Assembly (NCBI GenBank): GCA_043801155.1
Contig: JAZDMI010000021.1
Coordinates: forward strand, 130,683 to 194,682
Direction: 5' to 3'
Origin: Candidatus Gottesmanbacteria bacterium
GTDB taxonomy: Bacteria > Patescibacteriota > Microgenomatia > JAMCYU01
Length of the DNA stretch: 64,000 nucleotides
The notes beneath the pieces were generated by a model. That model saw only the letters and a program-made list of their open reading frames with translations, made no database searches and had not been told where the DNA came from. Positions 26,363 through 36,187 of this stretch are shown here, piece by piece. How positions within the stretch are numbered: the stretch's first letter is position 1; every line of letters begins with the position of its first letter. A program made the position numbers and the translations under genes.

Positions 26363-27104
26363 AACTCTTATTAAGATAAATTCTCCGATTAATGGCGAAA
26401 TTTCTGTTATTGAACAATTCGGGAAAAGAAAAATTATGGTTGGTGGTTTAACACAATCTGGTCCTATGGCAGAAAAAATCTGGGAAGACGCTATAAAAGA
26501 AATATGGGCTGGCGGTGATGAATTTTTTCACTCCACGTTGTCAGGTTGTGAACCAGAGACTAGTGCACTAGCACGAAGACAATCTTTACCCAGAGACATT
26601 GCCATAAGGAGTGGAGCTGTCAAAAATTATCACGCGCCATCCCAAGGAAATAAAATACTACTTTTGGGAGTTGGGGGAGGATCTTTAGTTAAATTACTTA
26701 ATAAATATTTCCCAGATGCAAAAGTTATTGGTGTAGAAATAGATTCACTAATGATTAATTTAGGAAAAAAATATTTGGAATTAGAAAAGGCAAAAAATTT
26801 TGAAATTATTATTGACGATGCAGAAAACTATGTGCAGTCCTCTATAAACTATAAGCAAAATTTCGATTTAATTTTTGTTGATATGTACAAAGGAGATAAA
26901 GTTCCAGAGAATTTGGAAAATATAAATTTTTTACAAAATTTAAAAAATATTTTATCAATAAATGGCCTAGTTATTTTTAATCGTCTGTACTATAAAAATC
27001 ACATTTTTGAAGCAAATATTTTTCTTGACAAATTGAAGAAAATATTTAATGATTTAAGATGTAAAAAGATTTACACAAATATTTTCTTATATTGTAAAAA
27101 ATAA
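26328..27104 (+). CDS. Spermidine-synthase-like class I SAM-dependent methyltransferase carrying a 46-codon in-frame repeat insertion
   Basis: Rossmann motif I LLLGVGGGS...VIGVEID. A family-2 repeat lies in-frame between the N-terminal domain and the MTase fold. Confidence 0.55.
   Translation: MNISDLKKFLPKTLIKINSPINGEISVIEQFGKRKIMVGGLTQSGPMAEKIWEDAIKEIWAGGDEFFHSTLSGCEPETSALARRQSLPRDIAIRSGAVKNYHAPSQGNKILLLGVGGGSLVKLLNKYFPDAKVIGVEIDSLMINLGKKYLELEKAKNFEIIIDDAENYVQSSINYKQNFDLIFVDMYKGDKVPENLENINFLQNLKNILSINGLVIFNRLYYKNHIFEANIFLDKLKKIFNDLRCKKIYTNIFLYCKK
26506..26643 (+). repeat. Family-2 ~138-bp TIR element, copy 3, inserted in-frame inside a CDS
   Basis: Aligns with copies 1 and 2. Translated stop-free as ...AGGDEFFHSTLSGCEPETSALARRQSLPRDIAIRSGAVKNYHAPSQ. 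Confidence 0.8.
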
Positions 27105-27277
27105 TAGTTCTTCCTAATTATATTTTAGAGGAACTGAACACTGTAAAATTTTAGAAACGATTTTACAGTGTAGAGGAGGTGAACTGTCCATGGCAAAGAA
27201 AAAAAAGAAGAGAAAGTAAAAATCTTGCAATTGAGTTTGTATTAAAACTTTTTCTTGCTGCAAGAAAAAACTGCCCA

Positions 27278-27315
27278 GCCCGCCAAAAATATTTTATTTA
27301 GGCGGGTTTTGGTTT
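27278..27315 (+). terminator. Intrinsic terminator-like hairpin (GCCCGCC-loop-GGCGGG-TTTTGGTTT), ~40 nt upstream of secA
   Basis: GC stem plus T-rich tail. Confidence 0.45.
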
Positions 27316-27357
27316 GGGAAGAAATTTAGTTCAAAAAGTGGTAAAATTTAAACCAGA

Positions 27358-30036
27358 ATGATTCCTTTTTTATCGAAATTTTTAGATTTTAACGAGAGAA
27401 CAATTAATAAACTAACTCCATTAATTGATGAGATTAATTCCTTTGGAGATAAAACTCACCGATTGACGAATGAGGAAATAAAAGCATTGTCTTACCAGTT
27501 AAGGGAAAAATTGTCACACGGGCAAACAATTGATGAAATTTTACCCCAAGCATATGCTTTAGTACGTGAGGTAGCATATCGGACTATTGGAGAAAAGCAT
27601 TTTGATGTTCAACTTATTGCCGCTATTGTTTTACACCAGGGAAATGTGGCTGAACAAAAGACAGGTGAAGGAAAGACTCTATCTGCTGTTCCGGCTCTTT
27701 ATTTAAATTCGCTAACAGGTCGGGGAGTACATTTAGTAACGGTTAATGATTATTTGGCCCGTCGTGATTGCGGCTGGATGGGTCCGATTTACGATTCATT
27801 AGGAGTGACTTGTAGTGCGATTATCGCTGAACAATCATTTATATATGATCCAAACTTCGAAGATAAAACTGCTCAAGATTGGCGTTTAATCCATTTACGG
27901 CCGATTTCGAGAAAAGAAGCTTATCAAACTGATATTACTTACGGTATTAATTCTGAATTTGGTTTTGATTATCTTCGCGATAATATGGTAACGGATATAA
28001 GTCAGATAGTCCAACGGGATTATCACTATGCCATTGTTGATGAAGTTGATTCGGTTTTAATTGACGAAGCAAGGACGCCACATATTATTTCGGCTCCTCA
28101 AGAAGAAGCGACTTCAAAATACTATGACTATGCCAAATTAATTGAAAGATTAACCCCGACCATGGATTTTACTATTGATGAAAAAATGCGGACCGCTTCT
28201 TTAACCGAACATGGAATTACTAAAGTTGAAAAAATGCTTGGAATATCCAATTTATATGAAAAAGATTTTGCCACCGTTCATCATATTGAAGCGGCTCTTA
28301 AAGCGAAGACCTTATTTCATCGTGATAAAGATTATGTAGCTCGTGATAATCAAATAATTATTGTCGATGAATTTACCGGAAGATTACTTGTCGGCCGGCG
28401 TTATTCAGAAGGGTTACATCAAGCTATCGAAGCCAAAGAAGGAGTTACCATTCAACAAGAATCAAGAACATTAGCGACTGTTTCTTTACAGAATTATTTT
28501 AGGTTATATCAAAAACTGGCCGGAATGACAGGAACGGCGGCAACGGAAGCGGAGGAGTTTCATAAAATTTATAATTTGGAAGTTATTACCATTCCGACAA
28601 ATAAACCGATGATCCGAAAAGATCACCCCGATATGGTTTACAAAACCATGAGAGCTAAATATGCAGCCGTAGCCAGAGACATTGAGGTTTGTTATAAAAA
28701 TGGCCAACCGGTTTTAGTTGGCACTACTTCAATCGGGAATAACGAAATTGTTTCTGATCTATTAACCCATAAAGGTATACCGCACCAAGTTTTAAATGCT
28801 AAACAACATGAAAAAGAAGCGATGATTATTGCTCAGGCAGGAAAAAAAGGATCTATAACGGTCGCGACAAATATGGCCGGACGAGGTGTAGATATTGTTC
28901 TTGGGGGAACACCACCAAATAAGTATGAAGTAGAAAATAGTAAGCAGTCAGCCGAGTATGAGAAACTTTCTAATGAATGGAAGCAAAATCATGCTGAAGT
29001 AGTAGGCTTAGGTGGATTACATGTTATTGGTACCGAAAGACACGAATCACGAAGAATTGATAACCAATTACGGGGAAGGTCTGGTCGTCAGGGAGATCAG
29101 GGTTCATCAAGATTTTTTGTTTCCTTGGAAGACGAGATTATGCGACTTTTTGGTGGTGAACAAATATCAAGATTAATGACGACTTTTAAAATGCCCGAAG
29201 ACGTACCGTTGGAACACCCAATGGTTTCTCGGGCGATTGAGCAAGCACAGGTTAAAGTTGAAGGATTTAATTTTGATGCCAGAAAGCATCTGGTTGACTA
29301 CGATGATGTATTAAATAAACAGCGGGAAATTGTTTATAAGCTGCGCCGAAAAATCTTGGGTGGTGAAAATCTGAAGGATGAAATTCTTGGTAAAATAAAT
29401 AATCAAATCACAAATTTTGTCGCGATTTCAACACCGGAAGGTTTTTCTGAAAAAGAGAAACAAAATATTATTCAGGAATTTGTTGGTATCATTCCTTTTG
29501 ATGAAAATTCTCAAAAACAACTATTTACGCAAATTATTCAATTAAAAACTAATGAGGAAATCACAAATTTATTAATTCAGGTAGCAAATAATTTATATGA
29601 TCAGCGAGAAAAACAAGTTGGCCCAGAAGTTGCCCGGCAAATAGAACGATGGGTAGCCTTATCTGTTATTGATAATTTATGGATGGATCACTTAGATGCC
29701 ATTGATGATTTGCGTGAGGGCATTGGACTTCGCGGGTATGGACAAAGAGATCCGTTAATTGAATATAAAAATGAAGCTTATGCGATGTTTGAACAATTAT
29801 TAACCAGTATTGACTTTGAGATAGTCCACCGTATCTATAAGGTTCAGGTAGCCCAAGCACCCGTCCAACCAGTGCCGCCACAGCGAATAATTACCAAGCC
29901 GGCTGGAAGTCAAACACAGGTTTCTTCTAATACCCCTAAAACTATTGATCATAATAAAAAGCTTGGCAGAAATGATCCTTGTTGGTGTGGGAGTGGCAAG
30001 AAGTGGAAGAAGTGCCACTATCCACAGTTAGGTTGA
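27358..30036 (+). CDS. secA: Preprotein translocase ATPase SecA
   Basis: DEAD-like motor motifs and a C-terminal zinc-binding CWCGSGKKWKKCH. Confidence 0.95.
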   Translation: MIPFLSKFLDFNERTINKLTPLIDEINSFGDKTHRLTNEEIKALSYQLREKLSHGQTIDEILPQAYALVREVAYRTIGEKHFDVQLIAAIVLHQGNVAEQKTGEGKTLSAVPALYLNSLTGRGVHLVTVNDYLARRDCGWMGPIYDSLGVTCSAIIAEQSFIYDPNFEDKTAQDWRLIHLRPISRKEAYQTDITYGINSEFGFDYLRDNMVTDISQIVQRDYHYAIVDEVDSVLIDEARTPHIISAPQEEATSKYYDYAKLIERLTPTMDFTIDEKMRTASLTEHGITKVEKMLGISNLYEKDFATVHHIEAALKAKTLFHRDKDYVARDNQIIIVDEFTGRLLVGRRYSEGLHQAIEAKEGVTIQQESRTLATVSLQNYFRLYQKLAGMTGTAATEAEEFHKIYNLEVITIPTNKPMIRKDHPDMVYKTMRAKYAAVARDIEVCYKNGQPVLVGTTSIGNNEIVSDLLTHKGIPHQVLNAKQHEKEAMIIAQAGKKGSITVATNMAGRGVDIVLGGTPPNKYEVENSKQSAEYEKLSNEWKQNHAEVVGLGGLHVIGTERHESRRIDNQLRGRSGRQGDQGSSRFFVSLEDEIMRLFGGEQISRLMTTFKMPEDVPLEHPMVSRAIEQAQVKVEGFNFDARKHLVDYDDVLNKQREIVYKLRRKILGGENLKDEILGKINNQITNFVAISTPEGFSEKEKQNIIQEFVGIIPFDENSQKQLFTQIIQLKTNEEITNLLIQVANNLYDQREKQVGPEVARQIERWVALSVIDNLWMDHLDAIDDLREGIGLRGYGQRDPLIEYKNEAYAMFEQLLTSIDFEIVHRIYKVQVAQAPVQPVPPQRIITKPAGSQTQVSSNTPKTIDHNKKLGRNDPCWCGSGKKWKKCHYPQLG

Positions 30037-30088
30037 CTTATCCAAGTTAGGAAACTTAAAAAATGGGGAAATTGAATCGCGCCGAATA

Positions 30089-31702
30089 ATGAAAAATAGA
30101 ACTATTTATCTTCTGTTTTTAATAATTATTTTGGCTTCCTTCTTAAGACTTTATAAACTTGGAGAAATCCCCGCAGGGCTAAGCACTGACGAAGCAACTT
30201 ATTTGTACAACTCCTACTCAATTTTCAAAACAGGAAAGGATGTTAATGGAAAATACTTACCCTTGTCTATCAATGCTGGTTTTCCGTTATCACCGGTACC
30301 CGTTTATATAACAGCCCCATTCGTAGGCATTCTTGGGCTTAATAGTTTAGCCGGACGATTGCCGTTCGTAATATTAGGAATTGCATCAGTATTTTTATTG
30401 TATTCGATTTCCAAAATACTATTTAATAATCGGATTGCCTTGATAAGCTCATTTGCCCTAGCTGTTTCTCCCTGGCACATTTATTTTTCGAGAACCGCAT
30501 ATGATTCAATAATCGCCCTATTTTTCTTTCTTCTGGCTACTTACGTGTTCTTACGCAATCTCAAGAACGGCAAATATTATTTATCGGCGATCTTCTTTTT
30601 TTTGGCATTTCATTCATTCCATGCCACAAAAATATTCTTTCTTTTTTATATTATTCTTCTGTTTCTAATATTTAAAAAGGAGATACTATTTTATAAAAAA
30701 GCTTTTTTCATGTTTGTTGCCTCGATTTTCTTAATTTTTTTATCTTTTCTGGTCATTACCTATTTTGATAAAGATGCCGGGGATCGCGAAAGAGTATTTT
30801 TATGGAATGATTTACAAGATGCTGTTACAACCATAAATTGGGAGAGGGATAAAAATACAGCTCCATTCTTTATCAGAAATATTTTAAGTAATAAACCGCT
30901 ATATTTCCTGCGAACTATCAAGGAAAACTATTTCGAAGCATTTTCGACTAATTTTTTGTTTTTATATGGTGAGCCTAGTTTTCTCAAATCCTTTTACGCG
31001 ATGAAATTCAGGGGGCAATTATATGCAATAGAAATGTTATTTATCTTATTAGGGTTTGCCTATTTTCTTAGCGAAAAAAATAAAAGAATCGGTTATTTCA
31101 TAATTTTTTCTTTATTGATTTCACCTCTGCCATCTGCTTTTACAACCAGCCGAACGTACGCAGTACGGGCGATTATGATGCTTCCTTTCTTGATGATATT
31201 TATCGCCTGTGGCATTAGCTATTTGTTTTCTTTAGTTAAAAATAAAAATTTAGTCTTCTTATTTTTATTTTGTTCATATCTATTTTCAATAACACTTTTT
31301 TCTTACGAATATTTCTTCCAATTTCCCGTATATGGTGCGGAAGGCTGGTTAAAGAGTGCCAATGACATGACGAAATTTATTACGCAAAATGAACAAAAGT
31401 ATAAAAATATCTATATTGCTGATATAAACGAAATGGAAATTTTTCATTATGCAATTTATACTCAGGCTGACTTTTCGGTGATTCAAAAAGCCTGGTTAAG
31501 CACCTACCCAAAAAGGCTAGGAAAAATAACTCTTTATAAACAATGTTTTAATAAAGGTTTGGGAAATCCGCTAGACTATTTACCCAAAAGTACTTTATAT
31601 TTTGTGAAAAAGGAATGTTTCATAGATTCGCCAGAAACATATTCAATCAATAATTTCGGTGATCCGATACAGATTGTCTGGAAAATATATGTTAAAAAGT
31701 AA
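30089..31702 (+). CDS. GT39/GT83-family (ArnT/PMT-like) membrane glycosyltransferase
   Basis: Multi-TM protein with the characteristic N-terminal LRLYKLGEIPAGLSTDEA loop motif. Confidence 0.6.
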   Translation: MKNRTIYLLFLIIILASFLRLYKLGEIPAGLSTDEATYLYNSYSIFKTGKDVNGKYLPLSINAGFPLSPVPVYITAPFVGILGLNSLAGRLPFVILGIASVFLLYSISKILFNNRIALISSFALAVSPWHIYFSRTAYDSIIALFFFLLATYVFLRNLKNGKYYLSAIFFFLAFHSFHATKIFFLFYIILLFLIFKKEILFYKKAFFMFVASIFLIFLSFLVITYFDKDAGDRERVFLWNDLQDAVTTINWERDKNTAPFFIRNILSNKPLYFLRTIKENYFEAFSTNFLFLYGEPSFLKSFYAMKFRGQLYAIEMLFILLGFAYFLSEKNKRIGYFIIFSLLISPLPSAFTTSRTYAVRAIMMLPFLMIFIACGISYLFSLVKNKNLVFLFLFCSYLFSITLFSYEYFFQFPVYGAEGWLKSANDMTKFITQNEQKYKNIYIADINEMEIFHYAIYTQADFSVIQKAWLSTYPKRLGKITLYKQCFNKGLGNPLDYLPKSTLYFVKKECFIDSPETYSINNFGDPIQIVWKIYVKK

Positions 31703-31743
31703 TCACGGTGAAGAATTTTAACTAATAGTAGTAGAATAGTTAT

Positions 31744-32559
31744 ATGATTAATCAACAAGATACTACCGAAATAGATTCTAGAGTAGCCGAAGCTTCCAAA
31801 AAGGTCTATATGGCACCTCTAAAACAACTGACAGAATCTGACTTTTTCCGGCATGATACCGGTATCTTTAGACAAGAAATAACAGGCAAAGATAATTTTA
31901 CATGCATAGTTATTGGACTGGGAAACTTACAGGAACCGTTAAGGTACACAGCGCAGTGGTATGCACAAAAAGGTAACCTAGATGGATTCAGGTTGATTTT
32001 ATTGGACGTGATTGAAGAATCATATTTCAAAGATTTGGTGAAAAAAACAAAAACATATAAACCGACAAAGGGAGAAGTTGCCTCTGAAGAATTTACCGAT
32101 TTAAAAAAGGCTTTTGAATTAGATCCAAAATCAGGCGAATATGTTGCTAAAAAAGAAATTAAAGATTTTTTAAGCAAAGCAGTTGAGACAGGTAGGTACC
32201 AAGTAAATATAGCTAATTCAGGTGGTATGGATGAAATCGGCGGTGTTGATTATTTATCATGTCAAAATGTCTTTGGCTATGTATCTCCACTATTATTAGA
32301 TCTTAGTATGATGAGAGTTATGAATTTAGTTAAAGTCGGTGGAGTTGCAGCGCTCAGAACAGATTCAGGAGATACACAGGTAGGAGAAGCCCTTGAAAGG
32401 CAGCATGTACCGGTAAAAATTATCGACAGAAATAAAATGATATTCAGAAAAGTAACACCAGAAAATGGGCAAGACTTAGGATTTTTAAAAGAGAAGAAAT
32501 TACGCGATAATAAGATTGCTGATAACAAAAGAGAGTCAGGAAATGTATTTGGTATATAA
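31744..32559 (+). CDS. Hypothetical cytoplasmic protein (271 aa)
   Basis: Intact ORF. No signal peptide or recognisable motif. Confidence 0.4.
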   Translation: MINQQDTTEIDSRVAEASKKVYMAPLKQLTESDFFRHDTGIFRQEITGKDNFTCIVIGLGNLQEPLRYTAQWYAQKGNLDGFRLILLDVIEESYFKDLVKKTKTYKPTKGEVASEEFTDLKKAFELDPKSGEYVAKKEIKDFLSKAVETGRYQVNIANSGGMDEIGGVDYLSCQNVFGYVSPLLLDLSMMRVMNLVKVGGVAALRTDSGDTQVGEALERQHVPVKIIDRNKMIFRKVTPENGQDLGFLKEKKLRDNKIADNKRESGNVFGI

Positions 32560-32641
32560 AAATAACTTAATCTATTAATTTAATTCTTTATTTGCGTTAA
32601 TACTTATCTTGTAGTATTCTATATATTATAAAGTAAATATT

Positions 32642-33403
32642 ATGGAAATATTATTTTTACCAGTAATAATTTTTTTACTAATATTGCCAGCGATTAAGCA
32701 GATCAATCAGTATGAAAGAGGAATACTGTTTACTTTTGGAAAATATTCCGGGGTAATGGAACCCGGTTGGCGATTAGTTTTACCAATATTCCAGTCATAC
32801 CAAAAAGTTGACGTTAGAACCAAAGCAGTTGATGTTCCCGATCAGGAAGCCATTACTAAGGACAATGTCTCGACAAAAATATCAGCGGTTATTTACTACA
32901 AAGTTTCAGATGCCGTTAAAGCAATTTTGGAAGTAGAGGATTTTTTCTTCGCTGTTCATCAATTAGCACAAACAACAATGAGAAATGTTGTTGGAGAGGT
33001 TGAACTTAATGAACTTCTGGCTAATAGGGACAAAATTGCTGATAGAATTAAAGAAATTGTAGGTGTCACCAGTACTAGCTGGGGTCTTGAGGTAATGTCA
33101 GTTGAGCTTAAAGATATTATTTTGCCTGAAGATATGAAAAGAACAATGGCCAAACAAGCCGAAGCCGAAAGAGAAAAGAAAGCCACTATTATTAATTCCG
33201 AAGGTGAAGTTATTGCCGCCGAGAATTTAGCCAAGGCTGCCAATACAATGGCCAGTTCTCCGGGGGCGCTTCATCTTAGAACTCTTAATTCAATTAATGA
33301 TATATCTTCAGATCAATCCAATACGGTTGTTTTTGTTACTCCGATTGAGGTTCTTCGTGCCGTAGAAGGACTAGGTAAGCTCCTTGAAAGTAAAAATAAG
33401 TAA
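32642..33403 (+). CDS. SPFH/band-7 (stomatin/prohibitin-like) membrane protein
   Basis: N-terminal TM segment plus an SPFH core (QYERGILFTFGKY...VRTKAVDVPDQEAITKDNV) and a coiled-coil tail. Confidence 0.8.
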   Translation: MEILFLPVIIFLLILPAIKQINQYERGILFTFGKYSGVMEPGWRLVLPIFQSYQKVDVRTKAVDVPDQEAITKDNVSTKISAVIYYKVSDAVKAILEVEDFFFAVHQLAQTTMRNVVGEVELNELLANRDKIADRIKEIVGVTSTSWGLEVMSVELKDIILPEDMKRTMAKQAEAEREKKATIINSEGEVIAAENLAKAANTMASSPGALHLRTLNSINDISSDQSNTVVFVTPIEVLRAVEGLGKLLESKNK

Positions 33404-33460
33404 TTATTTTTCTCCGCAGACTAGAATCGATTTATCTCATGGAATGTACCTAGGGTAATT

Positions 33461-33811
33461 GTGTATAATAATAGTATGAAGATTATTGCTAATTGGATTG
33501 TTAGCGCTTTAGCGATTTTGATCACTGCGTATCTTTTACCAGGAATCCATATTGCTGGATTTTTATCAGCCTTAGTAGTGGCATTAGTTTTAGGAATTAT
33601 CAATGCGGTCCTTAAACCGATATTGATTATCCTGACCTTACCGATTACCATTCTTACCTTAGGTTTATTTACATTAGTTATCAATGCCTTATTAGTGTTA
33701 TTAGCAAGTAATATTGTTAATGGATTTACGGTCGACAATTTTTGGTGGGCATTTTTATTTAGTTTAATTTTGTCAGTCGTGAATTCAATTCTTCATCGCT
33801 TGGTTCATTGA
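33461..33811 (+). CDS. PF04020/DUF360-type 4-TM membrane protein ('phage holin superfamily IV'-like)
   Basis: Four TM helices with the LPGIHIAGFLSAL motif. Confidence 0.55.
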   Translation: MYNNSMKIIANWIVSALAILITAYLLPGIHIAGFLSALVVALVLGIINAVLKPILIILTLPITILTLGLFTLVINALLVLLASNIVNGFTVDNFWWAFLFSLILSVVNSILHRLVH

Positions 33812-33818
33812 CAATTAA

Positions 33819-34349
33819 ATGAAATCATTGACGCTGCCCATTAGTATTTCTTCTATAACAGTAAAATATCTAACACTGGTTTTAAGTTTCTTTTCTTTTA
33901 CGATTCCGTTTTTATTAGGTCATCCACAGATTATGGTCGGAACATTAGTCAATGCTGCCCTTTTTACCTCTGCCATACTTTTTCCGAAAAAATATTTCTG
34001 GCCGATAATTATTTTGCCCAGTTTGGCTGTTTTATCAAGAGGAATTATTTTTGGACCAATGACATTTTTTTTAGTGTATTTTTTACCGTTTATTTGGTTA
34101 GGAAATTTAGGTTTAATTTGGATATTTAAAAAAACATTTAAAGATATTGGTTTCTTCGGAGCGGTGATATTTTCTGCGCTTGGGAAACAAATTTTACTCT
34201 ACACTACTGCTACTGTATTCTTAAATTTTAAGCTAGTACCGAAAGTTTTCTTAATAACTATGGGAATTGATCAGTTCATTACGGCATTAGCAGGTGGATT
34301 TATTACTTACTTTATTTTTAGGAAATATTTCTATGGAACAAAGTTATGA
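33819..34349 (+). CDS. Polytopic membrane protein, possibly an ECF-transporter S-component-like protein
   Basis: 5-6 hydrophobic helices. Function not assignable. Confidence 0.35.
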   Translation: MKSLTLPISISSITVKYLTLVLSFFSFTIPFLLGHPQIMVGTLVNAALFTSAILFPKKYFWPIIILPSLAVLSRGIIFGPMTFFLVYFLPFIWLGNLGLIWIFKKTFKDIGFFGAVIFSALGKQILLYTTATVFLNFKLVPKVFLITMGIDQFITALAGGFITYFIFRKYFYGTKL

Positions 34350-35115
34350 AGTCAAGGAATTGTTAGGTTTATTAAAAACAAAAGAACCGTTAGTGGCCAT
34401 GTTAGCTCCCTCTTTCCCGATTATGTTTGCCTATCCCCAAATTATCGGTAAACTTAAGCGGTTGGGTTTTAAATATGTAGTTGAGGTAGCCGTTGGTGCA
34501 CAAGAGACAAATCGACAGTTGTTAGAACTTCTGAAAAAAGAACCTCGGAGTCGTTATATAACTAGTCCATGTTCATCTATTATTCGATTAATACGAAGTA
34601 AATATCCAGAACTGGTTAAATTTATTGCCCCGGTAGATAGCCCGATAATTGCCACGGCTAAGTTAGTTAGTCAAAAATATCCTAAGTTTCGTCCAGTCTT
34701 TATTGGACCTTGTTTTGTGAAAAAACTCGAAGCCCGGGAGTATCCGAGATTAAATATTTTGGTGATCACTTTTTCAGAATTACTGCATGTTTTTGCAGCG
34801 ACAAAAATAGGTGATCGCGTAAATGATATTCGTGGAAAATTAGATTTGCAGGGGAAAAATACCCGTTTATATCCGATATCAGGAGGGCTGGCCGAATCAT
34901 CAGAATTTAATAGATTATTAACCGATGAAGAATATGATGTAATTTCTGGTCCTAAAAACGTCGAAAAAAGTTTACCAGAATTTCCCCAAAATCGTCTGCG
35001 AGTTCTGGATATTCTATATTGCCAAGGTGGTTGTATTAACGGAGTAGGTATCAATTCTACATTAAGTATTCAAGAACGCAGACAAAAAATTATTGACCAC
35101 TGGCAAATGGCTTAA
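34333..35115 (+). CDS. [FeFe]-hydrogenase large-subunit C-terminal-domain-like protein (Narf/Nar1-like; H-cluster Cys pattern degenerate)
   Basis: CQGGCINGVG resembles the hydrogenase MACPGGCINGGG motif. ITSPCSS replaces TSCCPGW, and no ferredoxin-like domains are present. Confidence 0.45.
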   Translation: MEQSYEVKELLGLLKTKEPLVAMLAPSFPIMFAYPQIIGKLKRLGFKYVVEVAVGAQETNRQLLELLKKEPRSRYITSPCSSIIRLIRSKYPELVKFIAPVDSPIIATAKLVSQKYPKFRPVFIGPCFVKKLEAREYPRLNILVITFSELLHVFAATKIGDRVNDIRGKLDLQGKNTRLYPISGGLAESSEFNRLLTDEEYDVISGPKNVEKSLPEFPQNRLRVLDILYCQGGCINGVGINSTLSIQERRQKIIDHWQMA

Positions 35116-35537
35116 GGCTTTACCCGGTAACTTTTAACGACACGACCTCCTGATTTTAAGTAACTAGTAATAACCAACCTCATATTAGTTATATTTATGT
35201 GATAACGGCAGGTACTTGATGAACATGTTCCAAAAAGCAATTCTCGTTGGGTTGAGTCAGTAACAGGTTTTATTGTTCCCATTACTCCCTGGGGTAACCC
35301 GTTAGTATTGTAACTTAAAGTGTAAGAAACAGAACTAGTCCTATATAACCCGCTGAAACTAATGATTAATGCTAATCGATCAGACCTTAATTTTGGAGAA
35401 ATGATTGGGCCTAATTTGCTTGAATATGAAACTCGGCCGACTAATGATTTTTTAGCATGCACACCTTGAGGAGATATGGTAAAACTACAACTAATAAGAA
35501 ATAGTACAAAAATAATTTTTCGCATTTTAATGATCAT
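35112..35537 (-). CDS. Secreted hypothetical protein
   Basis: Signal peptide MRKIIFVLFLISCSFTISPQGVHA. Confidence 0.4.
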   Translation of the reverse strand: MIIKMRKIIFVLFLISCSFTISPQGVHAKKSLVGRVSYSSKLGPIISPKLRSDRLALIISFSGLYRTSSVSYTLSYNTNGLPQGVMGTIKPVTDSTQRELLFGTCSSSTCRYHINITNMRLVITSYLKSGGRVVKSYRVKP

Positions 35538-35563
35538 AGCATATAGTATGATATACTTTAAAT

Positions 35564-36187
35564 ATGCAAAATAAAAAGAAACTAATAATTGCTGTAATTG
35601 GTTTGGGGATATTATTAATTATTTCTTTCTCGTATATTTTTTTTAAAAAAATAAAAACAAACGATAAGGCTCTAACTTTATCAGTTAATCCTAGCGAAAC
35701 AAAAATAAGTCTAAAAACTTTTAATGATGAAACAGGTTTTCAATTTCAATATCCTGAAGATTTGCTAATCAATGATGTAAGTGGGGATGATCAGAATATT
35801 TATTCAGCTCTTGAGATTTCCTCTAGTGATAAGGACAATAAAATGATAATTAGGATTACCGATACTGATATTGCCTTAGTTGATGAATGGTTAAAAACTA
35901 AAGAAGGAAGTGGGGCAGGACCGAAGAGAGAAATTTCCATTGCTACAATGTCCGGCAAACAAATTCAATTTAAAAATCCTAATAGATTAGTTAGTTTAGT
36001 AATCAACGATGGTATTATGTATTTTTTTGAAAGTCCTTTAGATGAGGCTGGGTATTGGAATAAAATTCATAATATAATAACATCTAGTTTTAGTATTGTT
36101 GAAGTTGAAGAAAGTGTTGATAGCTCTACCGAATCGACAAGTAATGACGAAGGGATATTAACTGAAGAAGAAGAGGTAATTGAATAA
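35564..36187 (+). CDS. Membrane-anchored hypothetical protein with an acidic C-terminal tail
   Basis: N-terminal TM segment; C-terminus EVEESVDSSTESTSNDEG...EEEEVIE. Confidence 0.4.
   Translation: MQNKKKLIIAVIGLGILLIISFSYIFFKKIKTNDKALTLSVNPSETKISLKTFNDETGFQFQYPEDLLINDVSGDDQNIYSALEISSSDKDNKMIIRITDTDIALVDEWLKTKEGSGAGPKREISIATMSGKQIQFKNPNRLVSLVINDGIMYFFESPLDEAGYWNKIHNIITSSFSIVEVEESVDSSTESTSNDEGILTEEEEVIE

Noticed and set aside
27190-27219. Annotating MAKKKKKRK as a real protein-coding gene
   Set aside because: Nine codons is too short to call as a gene product. It is treated as a candidate regulatory micro-ORF in the findings instead.
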